DNA of 64,000 bases from Candidatus Woesearchaeota archaeon (lineage in GTDB: Archaea; Nanobdellota; Nanobdellia; SCGC-AAA011-G17; PNOQ01), in contig JABIBT010000021.1 in NCBI GenBank assembly GCA_018652625.1, positions 14,502-78,501 of the forward strand. Direction: 5' to 3'. Below the pieces are notes generated by a model. The model made no database searches. It saw only the letters and a program-made list of their open reading frames with translations, and was not told where the DNA came from. A program made the position numbers and the translations under genes. Shown here in pieces: positions 9,874 to 18,641 of the stretch. Numbering within the stretch: the stretch's first letter is position 1; every line of letters begins with the position of its first letter.

Positions 9874-9933
9874 AATAATACGCAGGTTAGCCAGGCCCTA
9901 ACGGGCATCTGGGTTCAAATCCCAGTCCCGGCG
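9806..9933 (+). tRNA. tRNA-Ser(TGA) with two introns: 9836-9866 (31 nt, position 29/30) and 9875-9888 (14 nt, position 37/38)
   Basis: Acceptor GCCGGGA/TCCCGGC, T arm CTGGG-TTCAAAT-CCCAG, long variable arm GCCC-TAAC-GGGC, discriminator G. Removing both introns gives CTGGC-CT-TGA-AA-GCCAG. BHB-like helices GCAC/GTGT and CTTG/CAGG with 3-nt bulges. Confidence 0.85.
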
Positions 9934-9974
9934 TTTTTAATAAAACTTATAAATTAGGTGTTCTTCGCTTTTTT

Positions 9975-11150
9975 ATGGCAAAAATTGTTGCTATTACAGA
10001 GCATACCGGTCCAGGGAAAGCAATTAGAGAAGTTGTGAAGACTTTGAGAGAGGAAAGTGGCATTGAAACTAGTTTATACCCTACAGCTTTAACTTCAAAT
10101 TTATATAGAGATCTCCCTGAACTGAAAGAACTATCAGAAGAACAAGTAAGTACATTAAGAGGAGAACATATGTCTCCAGAGAGTTTAGATTCTTTTGTTC
10201 AATCAATTTTTGAAGAGGAAAAACCAGACTTGATTTTAACTGCTTCTATTGATCCTAGCCCTGCTATTGATAAATCTATGATAAGAGAAGCAAATAAAAG
10301 AGATATACTTAGTATAGCAGTTATGGACTACTGGAGTAGTCCCGACTTATACGGGAAAAGATTCCCTTCTAAAGAGTTTTATCCTACTAAAATAGCTTCC
10401 TTGGACGATATAGATACTGAAAATTTAATTTTATCAGGGATTCCTAAAGATATAATAGTAATTACTGGAAATCCAAATTTTGATGGTTTAAAGATGGCTA
10501 GAAGGGCATTTGAAGGTAAAGAAAAGGCGTTTAGACCGTTTGATTTAAATCCAACAAACATACTAGTTACTTATGCTCCAGATCCCTTACATAGTGATTT
10601 TCTTCCCTTTGACGAGGCATATAAGATAAACAGAGATACATTTGATTCTATGGCTTGCGGACTTTCAAGAGTTTCAATGGATAATAGAAAGAAGGTTGAT
10701 CTTGCTGTTATGTTACATCCTAAAGATATTAGGGCAGAAGGAGGAATTGATAGTTGGAAAGAGATTTTTAAACTGAATCAAGCCGGATATGTAAATTCTT
10801 TTTTGGGTAGAGAGAGCATGGAAGACACTAGAGTTAATTTAGATAATGCCAGATTGAGTTCTAATTTGGTTATGTCTGGTAGAAGCACTTCTGGAGCCGA
10901 ATGTTTGTATTTGGGTAGTCCGGTTATGATACTTCACCCTGGTTTGGAATTTTATAGAAATGGTCTTAATCATTTTATTGAAAAAGGAATTATACCTGCT
11001 GCAAATTCTATTGAAAGTGGAATCGATCAAATTTATAGATTTTTCTCTAACTCTAAATTTAGAGAAAATTGTCTTGGAAGACAGGAAGTTTATAAAAATC
11101 AACCAGATTCTTCTCCCAGGGTTGTAGAATTAATAAAAAGTATGTTATAA
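9975..11150 (+). CDS. GT-B fold surface-carbohydrate protein (glycerophosphotransferase/sialyltransferase/epimerase-like)
   Basis: PDLILTAS, MDYW, IVITGNPNFD, LHP, SGRSTSGAECLYLGSPV motifs. Confidence 0.5.
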   Translation: MAKIVAITEHTGPGKAIREVVKTLREESGIETSLYPTALTSNLYRDLPELKELSEEQVSTLRGEHMSPESLDSFVQSIFEEEKPDLILTASIDPSPAIDKSMIREANKRDILSIAVMDYWSSPDLYGKRFPSKEFYPTKIASLDDIDTENLILSGIPKDIIVITGNPNFDGLKMARRAFEGKEKAFRPFDLNPTNILVTYAPDPLHSDFLPFDEAYKINRDTFDSMACGLSRVSMDNRKKVDLAVMLHPKDIRAEGGIDSWKEIFKLNQAGYVNSFLGRESMEDTRVNLDNARLSSNLVMSGRSTSGAECLYLGSPVMILHPGLEFYRNGLNHFIEKGIIPAANSIESGIDQIYRFFSNSKFRENCLGRQEVYKNQPDSSPRVVELIKSML

Positions 11151-11168
11151 TAAAAAAAAATAAAAAAA

Positions 11169-12476
11169 TTAAAGTTTTTTCTTCTTTTTAGTTATTGTTA
11201 TGTAAGCCACTATTGCTACTATTATTATTGCAGCAATAACGATCCATGTTGTTGAGCTTCCACTTGTTTCTGCTATGTCTTCAGGACTTTCTCTAACCGG
11301 AGTTGTATCCACTGGTTCTTCAGTTTCTGTTGTATCTTCTGTAGTTGTAACTTCTTCTGGTGTAGTGTAAGCCCTAAATGTAATTTCGGCTGTACTTCCA
11401 TCAATATTATTTAGAGTTATGGTTAAATCATTTGAACCATCCTCATCTAAATCGAAGTTTTTAGTTTTTCCTACATCAATAGTTGTTGTTATTGGTGTAG
11501 AAGATACAGTTATTTTTGCAGTGTCATCATCCACAATGCTGTTTAATTTAAGACTGTGTGAGTCTCCATTGTAGTTGAAATCTACTGTTTTTCCAGTGCT
11601 TATTTCTTTTTTAGTTCCAGTTATACCAAAGTCATCAATATCTCCAAGGTCTTCGTTAGAAGATCCACTTGGACCAGAGCCAGTTCCTTCTGAAGATTCT
11701 TCTTGTGCTGTATATACATTGTATATTAGAGATGTTCCAAGCCGGTTGGTTACATTGTCGTAACAGCCTATATACCATTGTAGTGGCCTTCTCATGTAAG
11801 ATGAATTTAGCGCCACATTAAATGATTTAGTTTGTGTATTAGCTGTACTATTCAAGGCCGCTGTCCCATTGTATCCAGTTGTCCCATTTATCACCCCTCC
11901 AAAATATAAAGAACAATTAGCTACATCACTAGATTTATCTGATACATTGTATGTAAAATTCACTATTCCATCCATGTCTTCACTGTTGTGCACAGGGCTT
12001 ATTAGTACAATTACTGGTGCGTCAGCATCTACCCCAAAAGTTATATTGCCAGTCATGTTATGACTCACATTTCCACCGACAACTGCACTGTTATTTGTTC
12101 TAATCCAACAATTCCAAGACCAGTTTAGTCCAATACTATTGGGTATTGTTGTTGAAAAGTTTCTAATCACTGTGGCTCCGACTGTTCCATTTGTAGCATT
12201 TGTAGTATTCAAGTAGACAATAGGTGTACCGCTGGTAAGATTCCATACAACTAACGTTACGTTGTCTACATAATCAGTTGCATTAATTGGACTACCAGTA
12301 CAGTTAAAACCAAGGGTTGTAGTATTACTCCAGTTTCCTGCACTAACACCTTCTCCTTCACCAAGAGTGTAATTTAACCTAACCTCTTTTACTCCGGTTC
12401 CTAACCCTGTGTTTACACCATATAGCAAAACAATAAGAGCCATTATAACAATAACACCTCTCTTTATATTCACCAT
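11169..12476 (-). CDS. Membrane-anchored cell-surface glycoprotein
   Basis: N-terminal signal, 24 N-X-S/T sequons in the N-terminal half, Thr/Glu-rich linker, C-terminal TM plus poly-Lys tail. Confidence 0.8.
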   Translation of the reverse strand: MVNIKRGVIVIMALIVLLYGVNTGLGTGVKEVRLNYTLGEGEGVSAGNWSNTTTLGFNCTGSPINATDYVDNVTLVVWNLTSGTPIVYLNTTNATNGTVGATVIRNFSTTIPNSIGLNWSWNCWIRTNNSAVVGGNVSHNMTGNITFGVDADAPVIVLISPVHNSEDMDGIVNFTYNVSDKSSDVANCSLYFGGVINGTTGYNGTAALNSTANTQTKSFNVALNSSYMRRPLQWYIGCYDNVTNRLGTSLIYNVYTAQEESSEGTGSGPSGSSNEDLGDIDDFGITGTKKEISTGKTVDFNYNGDSHSLKLNSIVDDDTAKITVSSTPITTTIDVGKTKNFDLDEDGSNDLTITLNNIDGSTAEITFRAYTTPEEVTTTEDTTETEEPVDTTPVRESPEDIAETSGSSTTWIVIAAIIIVAIVAYITITKKKKKL

Positions 12477-12516
12477 TTTTATAATCTTGTAGATATATTG
12501 TCAATTATAAGCTTTC

Positions 12517-13992
12517 CTATGCTATAAGTATAGATTTTCTAGCTAAGGATTTTGCATATTTTAGTTTTGTTTTAGAATCAGAATAAATTGTCATTACTTT
12601 TTCTCCTCTTTTTACTTTTTGGTTTAGTTTTTTGTATAAATAGATTCCTGCTTCTTTGTCATGCGGTGCACCAGCTATTCTAGATATTCTAGATATTACT
12701 TTGTTGTCTATTTCTTTTATTTTTCCAGTTTTACTTGACTTCATAGTATATTCAAATTTTCCCAAAGCTATAGAATCTGGAATTATTTTTGGATCTCCTT
12801 CTTGTTCTTCCATTATCTTCATAAATTGAGTGTAGGCTTTGCCAGAATCTAGTATCTCTCTTGCAGATGCTTTAGTTTTTGTCATTTTAAATATCAAGTC
12901 AGACATATGAACTGCCTTTTCTTCTAAATCTTTTGGTGCTCTTGGATCTTTTCTTAATATGTAAAGAATATCTTTAGCTTCTAGATTTGGACCGATTCCA
13001 TTTCCAATGGGTTGAGAACCATCTGTTATTATTACTTTGATTTTTATTTTTATTTTCCTTCCCAATCTTTCAAATGATTTTTTTAAAGACATAGCTTCTT
13101 TTTTTGTTGTAATTTTTGCTGTTTTTCCAATTGGAATATCTATTAGTATGTGGGTTGAATTAACTGCTAATTTTTTTGATAGAATTGAAGCTAACATAAT
13201 TCCTTTTGGATCAAGTCTTAAAGGATGTCTAACTTTGATTAGTTTTTCGTCTGCTGCAGCCAAGTCTATTGCTCCACCCCAAACTATGCATCCATTTATT
13301 TTTTTTATTATTTTGACTATTTTTTCAATAGGAAAAGTTACGTTGGATAAAACCTCCATTGTGTCTGCAGTTCCGGCAGGAGAAGTTATAGATCTAGAAC
13401 TTGTTTTTATCATTGGAACACCTGCTGCCGTTACAATAGGAACTACTAACATTGTTGTTCTATTATTTGGTACTCCTCCAATGCAGTGTTTGTCAGCAAT
13501 TATTTTTCTGTTAAAATCTATTTTATCTCCATGTTTAGTAATTGCTTCTATTAGATATGCTGTTTCTTTAAATGATAAATCTTTTTTATAACATGCTGAA
13601 ACGAAATAAGTTAGTTCAATTTCTGTTAATTCCCCATCTATAAGGTCTTTTATTATTATTTCTATTTCTTTTTTTGTTAATTCTTTTTCATCTAATTTTT
13701 TTCTTATTATTTCTATAGAATGCGGAATAGTTGTACTTAGTACTCCCAAAGTTGTTTGTTTTTTTATTCCCAACTCTTTTATTACTTCCTTGAATAGGCC
13801 TATTTGTCCTTTTTTTATTCCATTATTACTTTCAGAGATATCTATTGCTGTGACTACTGATTTTCTTCCATGTTTTATTTTTAGTCTGTCTAATGGTTGT
13901 AAATCTAGTTCTTCTGCGTCTAACCTGTTTAGAATTACAATAAGTGGTCCGCCAGTAGATATTTTTATATCTTTAGACTTAAGTCTCAACAT
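12517..13992 (-). CDS. deoA: AMP phosphorylase (thymidine phosphorylase family)
   Basis: DKHCIGGVPNNRT, KTSSRSITSPAGTADTME, TDGSQPIGNGIGP, N-terminal double-psi-barrel-like extension; start moved to ATG 13992 (AGAGG SD). Confidence 0.9.
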   Translation of the reverse strand: MLRLKSKDIKISTGGPLIVILNRLDAEELDLQPLDRLKIKHGRKSVVTAIDISESNNGIKKGQIGLFKEVIKELGIKKQTTLGVLSTTIPHSIEIIRKKLDEKELTKKEIEIIIKDLIDGELTEIELTYFVSACYKKDLSFKETAYLIEAITKHGDKIDFNRKIIADKHCIGGVPNNRTTMLVVPIVTAAGVPMIKTSSRSITSPAGTADTMEVLSNVTFPIEKIVKIIKKINGCIVWGGAIDLAAADEKLIKVRHPLRLDPKGIMLASILSKKLAVNSTHILIDIPIGKTAKITTKKEAMSLKKSFERLGRKIKIKIKVIITDGSQPIGNGIGPNLEAKDILYILRKDPRAPKDLEEKAVHMSDLIFKMTKTKASAREILDSGKAYTQFMKIMEEQEGDPKIIPDSIALGKFEYTMKSSKTGKIKEIDNKVISRISRIAGAPHDKEAGIYLYKKLNQKVKRGEKVMTIYSDSKTKLKYAKSLARKSILIA

Positions 13993-15004
13993 TTTCCTCT
14001 TTTTCTTCCATGTAAAGTTTGTATAATAAGACAAATAGGGAGAGTATCAATGGTCCAATTATCAATCCAACTATTCCAAATAAAAGTATTCCTCCAAAAA
14101 TTCCAAGTAATGAAATTATAGGATTTATTTTTGCTGTTTTCTTTATTAGTTGTGCCCTTAGTATGTTGTCCATGTAAAAGCTTAGAACTAAAATGAAGTA
14201 AATTGCTATGAATATTGCTTGTCCAGTTTTTCCAGTTATGAATAAATATATTACTGATGGTGCCCAGACTGCTGCAGGCCCAAGAAGCGGAATATATGCA
14301 AAGATTGCAATTATTAATGACCAGAGTAATGCGTTTTCTATTCCTCCTATAGAAAAACCAATGAATGCAGCTATGAATTCTGCTATCCCTAAAGCTAAGA
14401 AACCTAGGAAGATACCATTAATTTTATCTACTGTTCCCTTAAACAGTCTTGTTTTTTGATATTCAGATAATGGAAGACTTTTTCTAATCTCTCTTAGGAT
14501 TCCCTTCCCATCTCTCAAAAAGAAGAACATTATGAAAAATGTTGTAAATAAATGTACAAATCCTGTGGCTAGAAATCTTATCATGTCGCTACTGGATCTT
14601 ATAAAAAAGTTTGAAGCTTCTTTAACTGTTTCTTTTACATACCTATCAAACTCAATATTTAGACCAGTCATTTCTTTTAGCCTTTCTGAAGGAGTATGAA
14701 AGTCCATTGTTCCAATAGAATTGTGAATTGTTATTGCTTCATGTAATAATGTATTTGAAAAGAATAATGCAGGAATTGTTATAAGAAGTACTACAAATAA
14801 AGTTACCAACAAGGCGGATAATGTTTCTTTTCTTATTTTATTATCTAGTTTTTTGTGTAGTGGGTATGCTACTATCGCTAATACCATTGCTGCTAAAATT
14901 GCTCCAACAAATGGAGAAATAATCTTATATGAAACATATATGAATGCTGTTAAAATTATAATGAAAAGAACTTTTCCATAGTCCTTTAAGCTTATAGTTT
15001 TCAT
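13979..15004 (-). CDS. AI-2E (PerM) family transporter
   Basis: Multi-TM; FFFLRDG, IPLLGP, DNILR, GGILLFGIVGLIIGPLI motifs. Confidence 0.85.
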   Translation of the reverse strand: MKTISLKDYGKVLFIIILTAFIYVSYKIISPFVGAILAAMVLAIVAYPLHKKLDNKIRKETLSALLVTLFVVLLITIPALFFSNTLLHEAITIHNSIGTMDFHTPSERLKEMTGLNIEFDRYVKETVKEASNFFIRSSSDMIRFLATGFVHLFTTFFIMFFFLRDGKGILREIRKSLPLSEYQKTRLFKGTVDKINGIFLGFLALGIAEFIAAFIGFSIGGIENALLWSLIIAIFAYIPLLGPAAVWAPSVIYLFITGKTGQAIFIAIYFILVLSFYMDNILRAQLIKKTAKINPIISLLGIFGGILLFGIVGLIIGPLILSLFVLLYKLYMEEKEENVET

Positions 15005-15047
15005 AGTAGGAAGTCTGGAATCTAAATTTATAAACCTTTTGTATGAT

Positions 15048-16295
15048 TTAAATTGGTTTAGAGAAATGCCACTTTGATAGTGCTTGTTTTAGTTCTTCGT
15101 TTTTTTCTGAATATTTTTTTAATGGAATATTTTTTAGTGTTGCATCTATAGCTTGCCTTGTAGCTTTTGAACCTGCATGGGTTCCTTTGGGGTGCCCATG
15201 AATTCCTCCACCTAATTGAATGCAGATATCTTTGCCCAGCATTTTAGTTATTTCTGGTATTAGTCCGGGGTGCAATCCTCCAGAAGAAACGGGGATTGTG
15301 TCTTTTAGTCCATACCAGGGGTTTGTTATTTCATCTTCTATTTGTAAAACTTCATCTTTTGTTCCTACCAACTTTCCTATGACTGTTCCTATATGTAAGG
15401 TGTCTACTCCAATCAATCTTGCGAGCTTTGCTATTACTAACATAGACATGCCGTGTTTTGGATTTCTATCAAATGCTGCGTGGAAGGCTCTGTGTGCATG
15501 AATGGCCATTTTTAGTTTTTGAGTTTCGTTTCTTAATGTCTGAACTGCTGCCCAGCCAACCGTCATTATATCTACCATTACATATCTAAATCCGTATTTT
15601 TTGACTAATCTCGCTCTTCTTATCATTTCATTTGTTTCTGCAGTTACATTGATGAAATAATCTTTTTTTTCGCCAGTTATTTTTTCTGCTTTGTCTCTTG
15701 CTTTTGCACAGGCCTTTAATCTTGATTCGAATTTGTTAAAATTCTGATCTGTTAAATTCTCATCATCTTTTAGGAAATCTACTCCGCCAGTCCATGCATC
15801 AAATCCAACTTTAGTATGCTCTTTTGTTGTCATTCCCACTTTTGGTTTTGGAACTGTGGCTATTAGTTGCCTGTCTTTTATTTTCATGAATTTTCTTACT
15901 CCTTTAATCCCAAATTGGGGCCCTTTGAATGATTTTACATATTTTTTTGGAAAATGAATATCTTCAAGTCTTAGATTGTTAATTGCTTTCATTCCGAAAA
16001 TATTTCCTGCTACAGAAGATAATAATTGTGGGATACTACCGAGCTCAAATAATTCTATTGGATAAGCTATTTTTAAATAAGGCCCCTTTATTTCAAAAGC
16101 TCTTGCTCTCATTTTTCTTATTCTGGGAGTTAAAGTAGAAAGAGTTGTCCAGGTACCATTTGAGGATTCTGCGGCTATTCTTCCTGCTGCTTCTTTTATA
16201 GAAATTCCTTTAGCTGGTTCGAATCTGAATAGACATACTAAGTCTGTTTTTTTTGGTTTATATTTTAAATCTACAAAATCCAGATATTGACTCAT
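15048..16295 (-). CDS. rbcL: RuBisCO large subunit, form III-type
   Basis: AESSNGTW, PKPKVG, GGVDFLKDDE, HAHRAFH, GTVIGKL (loop 6 Lys), SSGGLHPG, QLGGGIHGHP: catalytic set present. Confidence 0.95.
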   Translation of the reverse strand: MSQYLDFVDLKYKPKKTDLVCLFRFEPAKGISIKEAAGRIAAESSNGTWTTLSTLTPRIRKMRARAFEIKGPYLKIAYPIELFELGSIPQLLSSVAGNIFGMKAINNLRLEDIHFPKKYVKSFKGPQFGIKGVRKFMKIKDRQLIATVPKPKVGMTTKEHTKVGFDAWTGGVDFLKDDENLTDQNFNKFESRLKACAKARDKAEKITGEKKDYFINVTAETNEMIRRARLVKKYGFRYVMVDIMTVGWAAVQTLRNETQKLKMAIHAHRAFHAAFDRNPKHGMSMLVIAKLARLIGVDTLHIGTVIGKLVGTKDEVLQIEDEITNPWYGLKDTIPVSSGGLHPGLIPEITKMLGKDICIQLGGGIHGHPKGTHAGSKATRQAIDATLKNIPLKKYSEKNEELKQALSKWHFSKPI

Positions 16296-16936
16296 TTGGT
16301 TACCTCTTTTATTAATTTTGGTAGTTCTTTTATATCTTTAATCTTGTAATCTGCTTCTTTTAAATCTTTCCAGACTTGTTTTGGGCTGGTTAGGATAATT
16401 ACTGATTTTACTTTTGATGATTCTGCAGTTTTTATATCTTGTAAACTATCCCCCACCATGAATTGAACTTTTTTCTTTAATTCTTTTTCTGCTTTGTAAA
16501 TTTCATCTGGAAATGGTTTTGCTCTCCTTACATCATCATATCCTATTATTACTTTGAATAGTTTTTTATCTATTTTTGTTTGTTCTAGAATCAACTCTAT
16601 TTTTGTGTGCGTATTATTACTTAGAAGGCAAAGGCAATATTTTTTTGATAATCTCTTTAATATTTTTTTAGTGTTTTTGTAAGGTTTTATTCCTTCTAAT
16701 GTGTTTTCTCTTTCTTTTTCAAAATCTCTTCTTATTTGTTCTATTTTTTCTTTTTTGATTTTTGGAGAAATTATCTTTATTTGATCTTTTAAAGTCATTC
16801 CCCACATATCATATAATTGATTTCTCTTAACTTTTATTCCATTTTTTATAAATGATTTTAATTCTGCATCCACATTCCAATCGTGTGTGTCTACTAATGT
16901 TCCATCTAGATCGAAGCAAATTATCATCTTATCCAA
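16292..16936 (-). CDS. HAD-family phosphatase (phosphoglycolate phosphatase-like)
   Basis: DLDGTLVD, LSN, KPFPD, VGDSLQD motifs; overlaps both neighbours. Confidence 0.85.
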   Translation of the reverse strand: MDKMIICFDLDGTLVDTHDWNVDAELKSFIKNGIKVKRNQLYDMWGMTLKDQIKIISPKIKKEKIEQIRRDFEKERENTLEGIKPYKNTKKILKRLSKKYCLCLLSNNTHTKIELILEQTKIDKKLFKVIIGYDDVRRAKPFPDEIYKAEKELKKKVQFMVGDSLQDIKTAESSKVKSVIILTSPKQVWKDLKEADYKIKDIKELPKLIKEVTK

Positions 16937-17727
16937 GAATAAGTTTTTTTAACTTTTTTTACAAATTTCTTAGGTTTAAGTATTCCCAAACCCGAGACTA
17001 TTGCCGTTATGTAGTCTGGACCAACTAATTCGAAAGCAGGATTTTTTATAGTTATATATTTATTTGATTTTTTCCAAATTTCTTTTGTATCTCTTTGTTC
17101 TATTTTTAGTTTTTTTGGAGAATATTTCCATGTGCTTGTGAGAATGTATACTGGAATTTTGTAAGTCCTTGCTAATTTTGCTATCATTTCTGAGCCTATT
17201 TTATTTGCTACTTCTCCATTTGGTGTAACCATGTCTGCACCCAATAATATTACGTCTGATTGTGATATGGCTTCTTCTGCTCCAGAATCTACGAAGTGTG
17301 TGTTTTTTATTTTAAGTTTTGCCAAATCCAAAGAAGTTATTCTTCCTTGATATCTTGGTCTTGTTTCTGTGTTTAACACTTCAAACTTTTTCCCGTGTTC
17401 TTTTGCGTATTTTAATGTGTTAATTACAGTTGTAGAATGACAGTGTGTGAATACCCTTGAATTATTTTTTATTAGACGTGCTCCTAAAAGTGTAGTTTTT
17501 TTCTCCGAATCTTTTAGATAATTTTTTGCAGTTTCTATGTCTGCTATTTTTGAAAACATAACTGCATTTTTTAATGCGGGTTCAGTTGGTCTGGCCGATA
17601 ATATTTTTTTTACTGCTTTTGGAGAACTGTTTATTTCTAATGCTTTTAAACCTGCTAGAGCAATCTTATTTGCTCCTTGTATTTTTAAAGATTTTATATC
17701 ATTATAGATTTTATTAAATTTATTCAT
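16924..17727 (-). CDS. Ribose-1,5-bisphosphate isomerase (eIF-2B family)
   Basis: IQGA, RPTEP, THCHS, ETRPRYQG, GAD, NKIGS, NPAFE motifs; RuBisCO context. Confidence 0.9.
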   Translation of the reverse strand: MNKFNKIYNDIKSLKIQGANKIALAGLKALEINSSPKAVKKILSARPTEPALKNAVMFSKIADIETAKNYLKDSEKKTTLLGARLIKNNSRVFTHCHSTTVINTLKYAKEHGKKFEVLNTETRPRYQGRITSLDLAKLKIKNTHFVDSGAEEAISQSDVILLGADMVTPNGEVANKIGSEMIAKLARTYKIPVYILTSTWKYSPKKLKIEQRDTKEIWKKSNKYITIKNPAFELVGPDYITAIVSGLGILKPKKFVKKVKKTYSWIR

Positions 17728-17819
17728 ACTTTATTTTATTTTTAACTCTTTAAAAACTTTTTCTTGTGAAATGAAGACTATTTCGCAAGATATATAAAAG
17801 GAAATGGGTTGCTATTTTT

Positions 17820-18641
17820 ATGATTGAAAAAGAGATTAAATTAGCAAATGAACTTGAAATTGCTAAGGCATTATCTGTTAATGCCGGTAAAGCTATTATG
17901 GAGATTTATACTTCCAATAGTTTTGATATTGCTAATAAAGAAGACAATATTTACATTAATGCTAATCTAAAATCTAGTGACATCATTAATAATGGATTGA
18001 AAAATGATTTTCCAAACTATGGTTTGTTAAATGAGAAAACTGCCGGTATGACTGATAGACTTAATAAGGATTATGTTTGGATTGTTGATCCCCTTGATGG
18101 AGTAAAAGAATTTATTTCTGGAAATGAAGAATTTACAATTAATATTGGTTTGGTTTATAGGGGAGAGCCGGTTTTGGGGGTTATTTATTTGCCTGCAAAA
18201 GATATTCTGTTTTTTGCTACTCGCGGAAATGGTGCGTTTTTTGAGAACAAAGGAAATATGACTAAACTATCGACTTCTAATAAGTTTAATGTTGATGAGA
18301 TGATTATTATTAAAAATAAATATCTTTCAGAAGAAAGAGAAGACAAATTGATTAAAAGTAATCGTTTTAAAGAAATTAAGACTGCTGAAAGTTCTTTTAA
18401 TGGATGCTCCATTGCTAAAGGAGAGTCAGATGTTTATTTTAAATTTGGATCAGTTTATGAGTGGAATATCTGTGCTATGAATGTAATTTTAATGGAGGCT
18501 AAGGGAGAATTAACTAATTTGGGCGGGTTTAGATTAAAGTATAACAAAGAGAATACTTTAATTGAAGATGGATTTCTGGCTTCTAATGGAAAGATCCACA
18601 ATTATTTGTTAGCATTAGAGGAGATTGACCAAAATGGATAG
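17820..18641 (+). CDS. cysQ: CysQ-like 3'(2'),5'-bisphosphate nucleotidase, degenerate active site
   Basis: WIVDPLDGVKEF..EFTINIGLV FIG-family motif; several metal ligands substituted. Confidence 0.75.
   Translation: MIEKEIKLANELEIAKALSVNAGKAIMEIYTSNSFDIANKEDNIYINANLKSSDIINNGLKNDFPNYGLLNEKTAGMTDRLNKDYVWIVDPLDGVKEFISGNEEFTINIGLVYRGEPVLGVIYLPAKDILFFATRGNGAFFENKGNMTKLSTSNKFNVDEMIIIKNKYLSEEREDKLIKSNRFKEIKTAESSFNGCSIAKGESDVYFKFGSVYEWNICAMNVILMEAKGELTNLGGFRLKYNKENTLIEDGFLASNGKIHNYLLALEEIDQNG

Noticed and set aside
13037..13591. 184-aa ORF antisense to AMP phosphorylase (likewise 23095-23541, 48103-48501, 56035-56655, 60389-60775 and other short track ORFs)
   Set aside because: Shadow frames fully overlapping well-supported genes; no motifs or promoters.
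15048..16295. Calvin-cycle autotrophy
   Set aside because: No phosphoribulokinase or small subunit in the window; flanking genes indicate the AMP salvage pathway.
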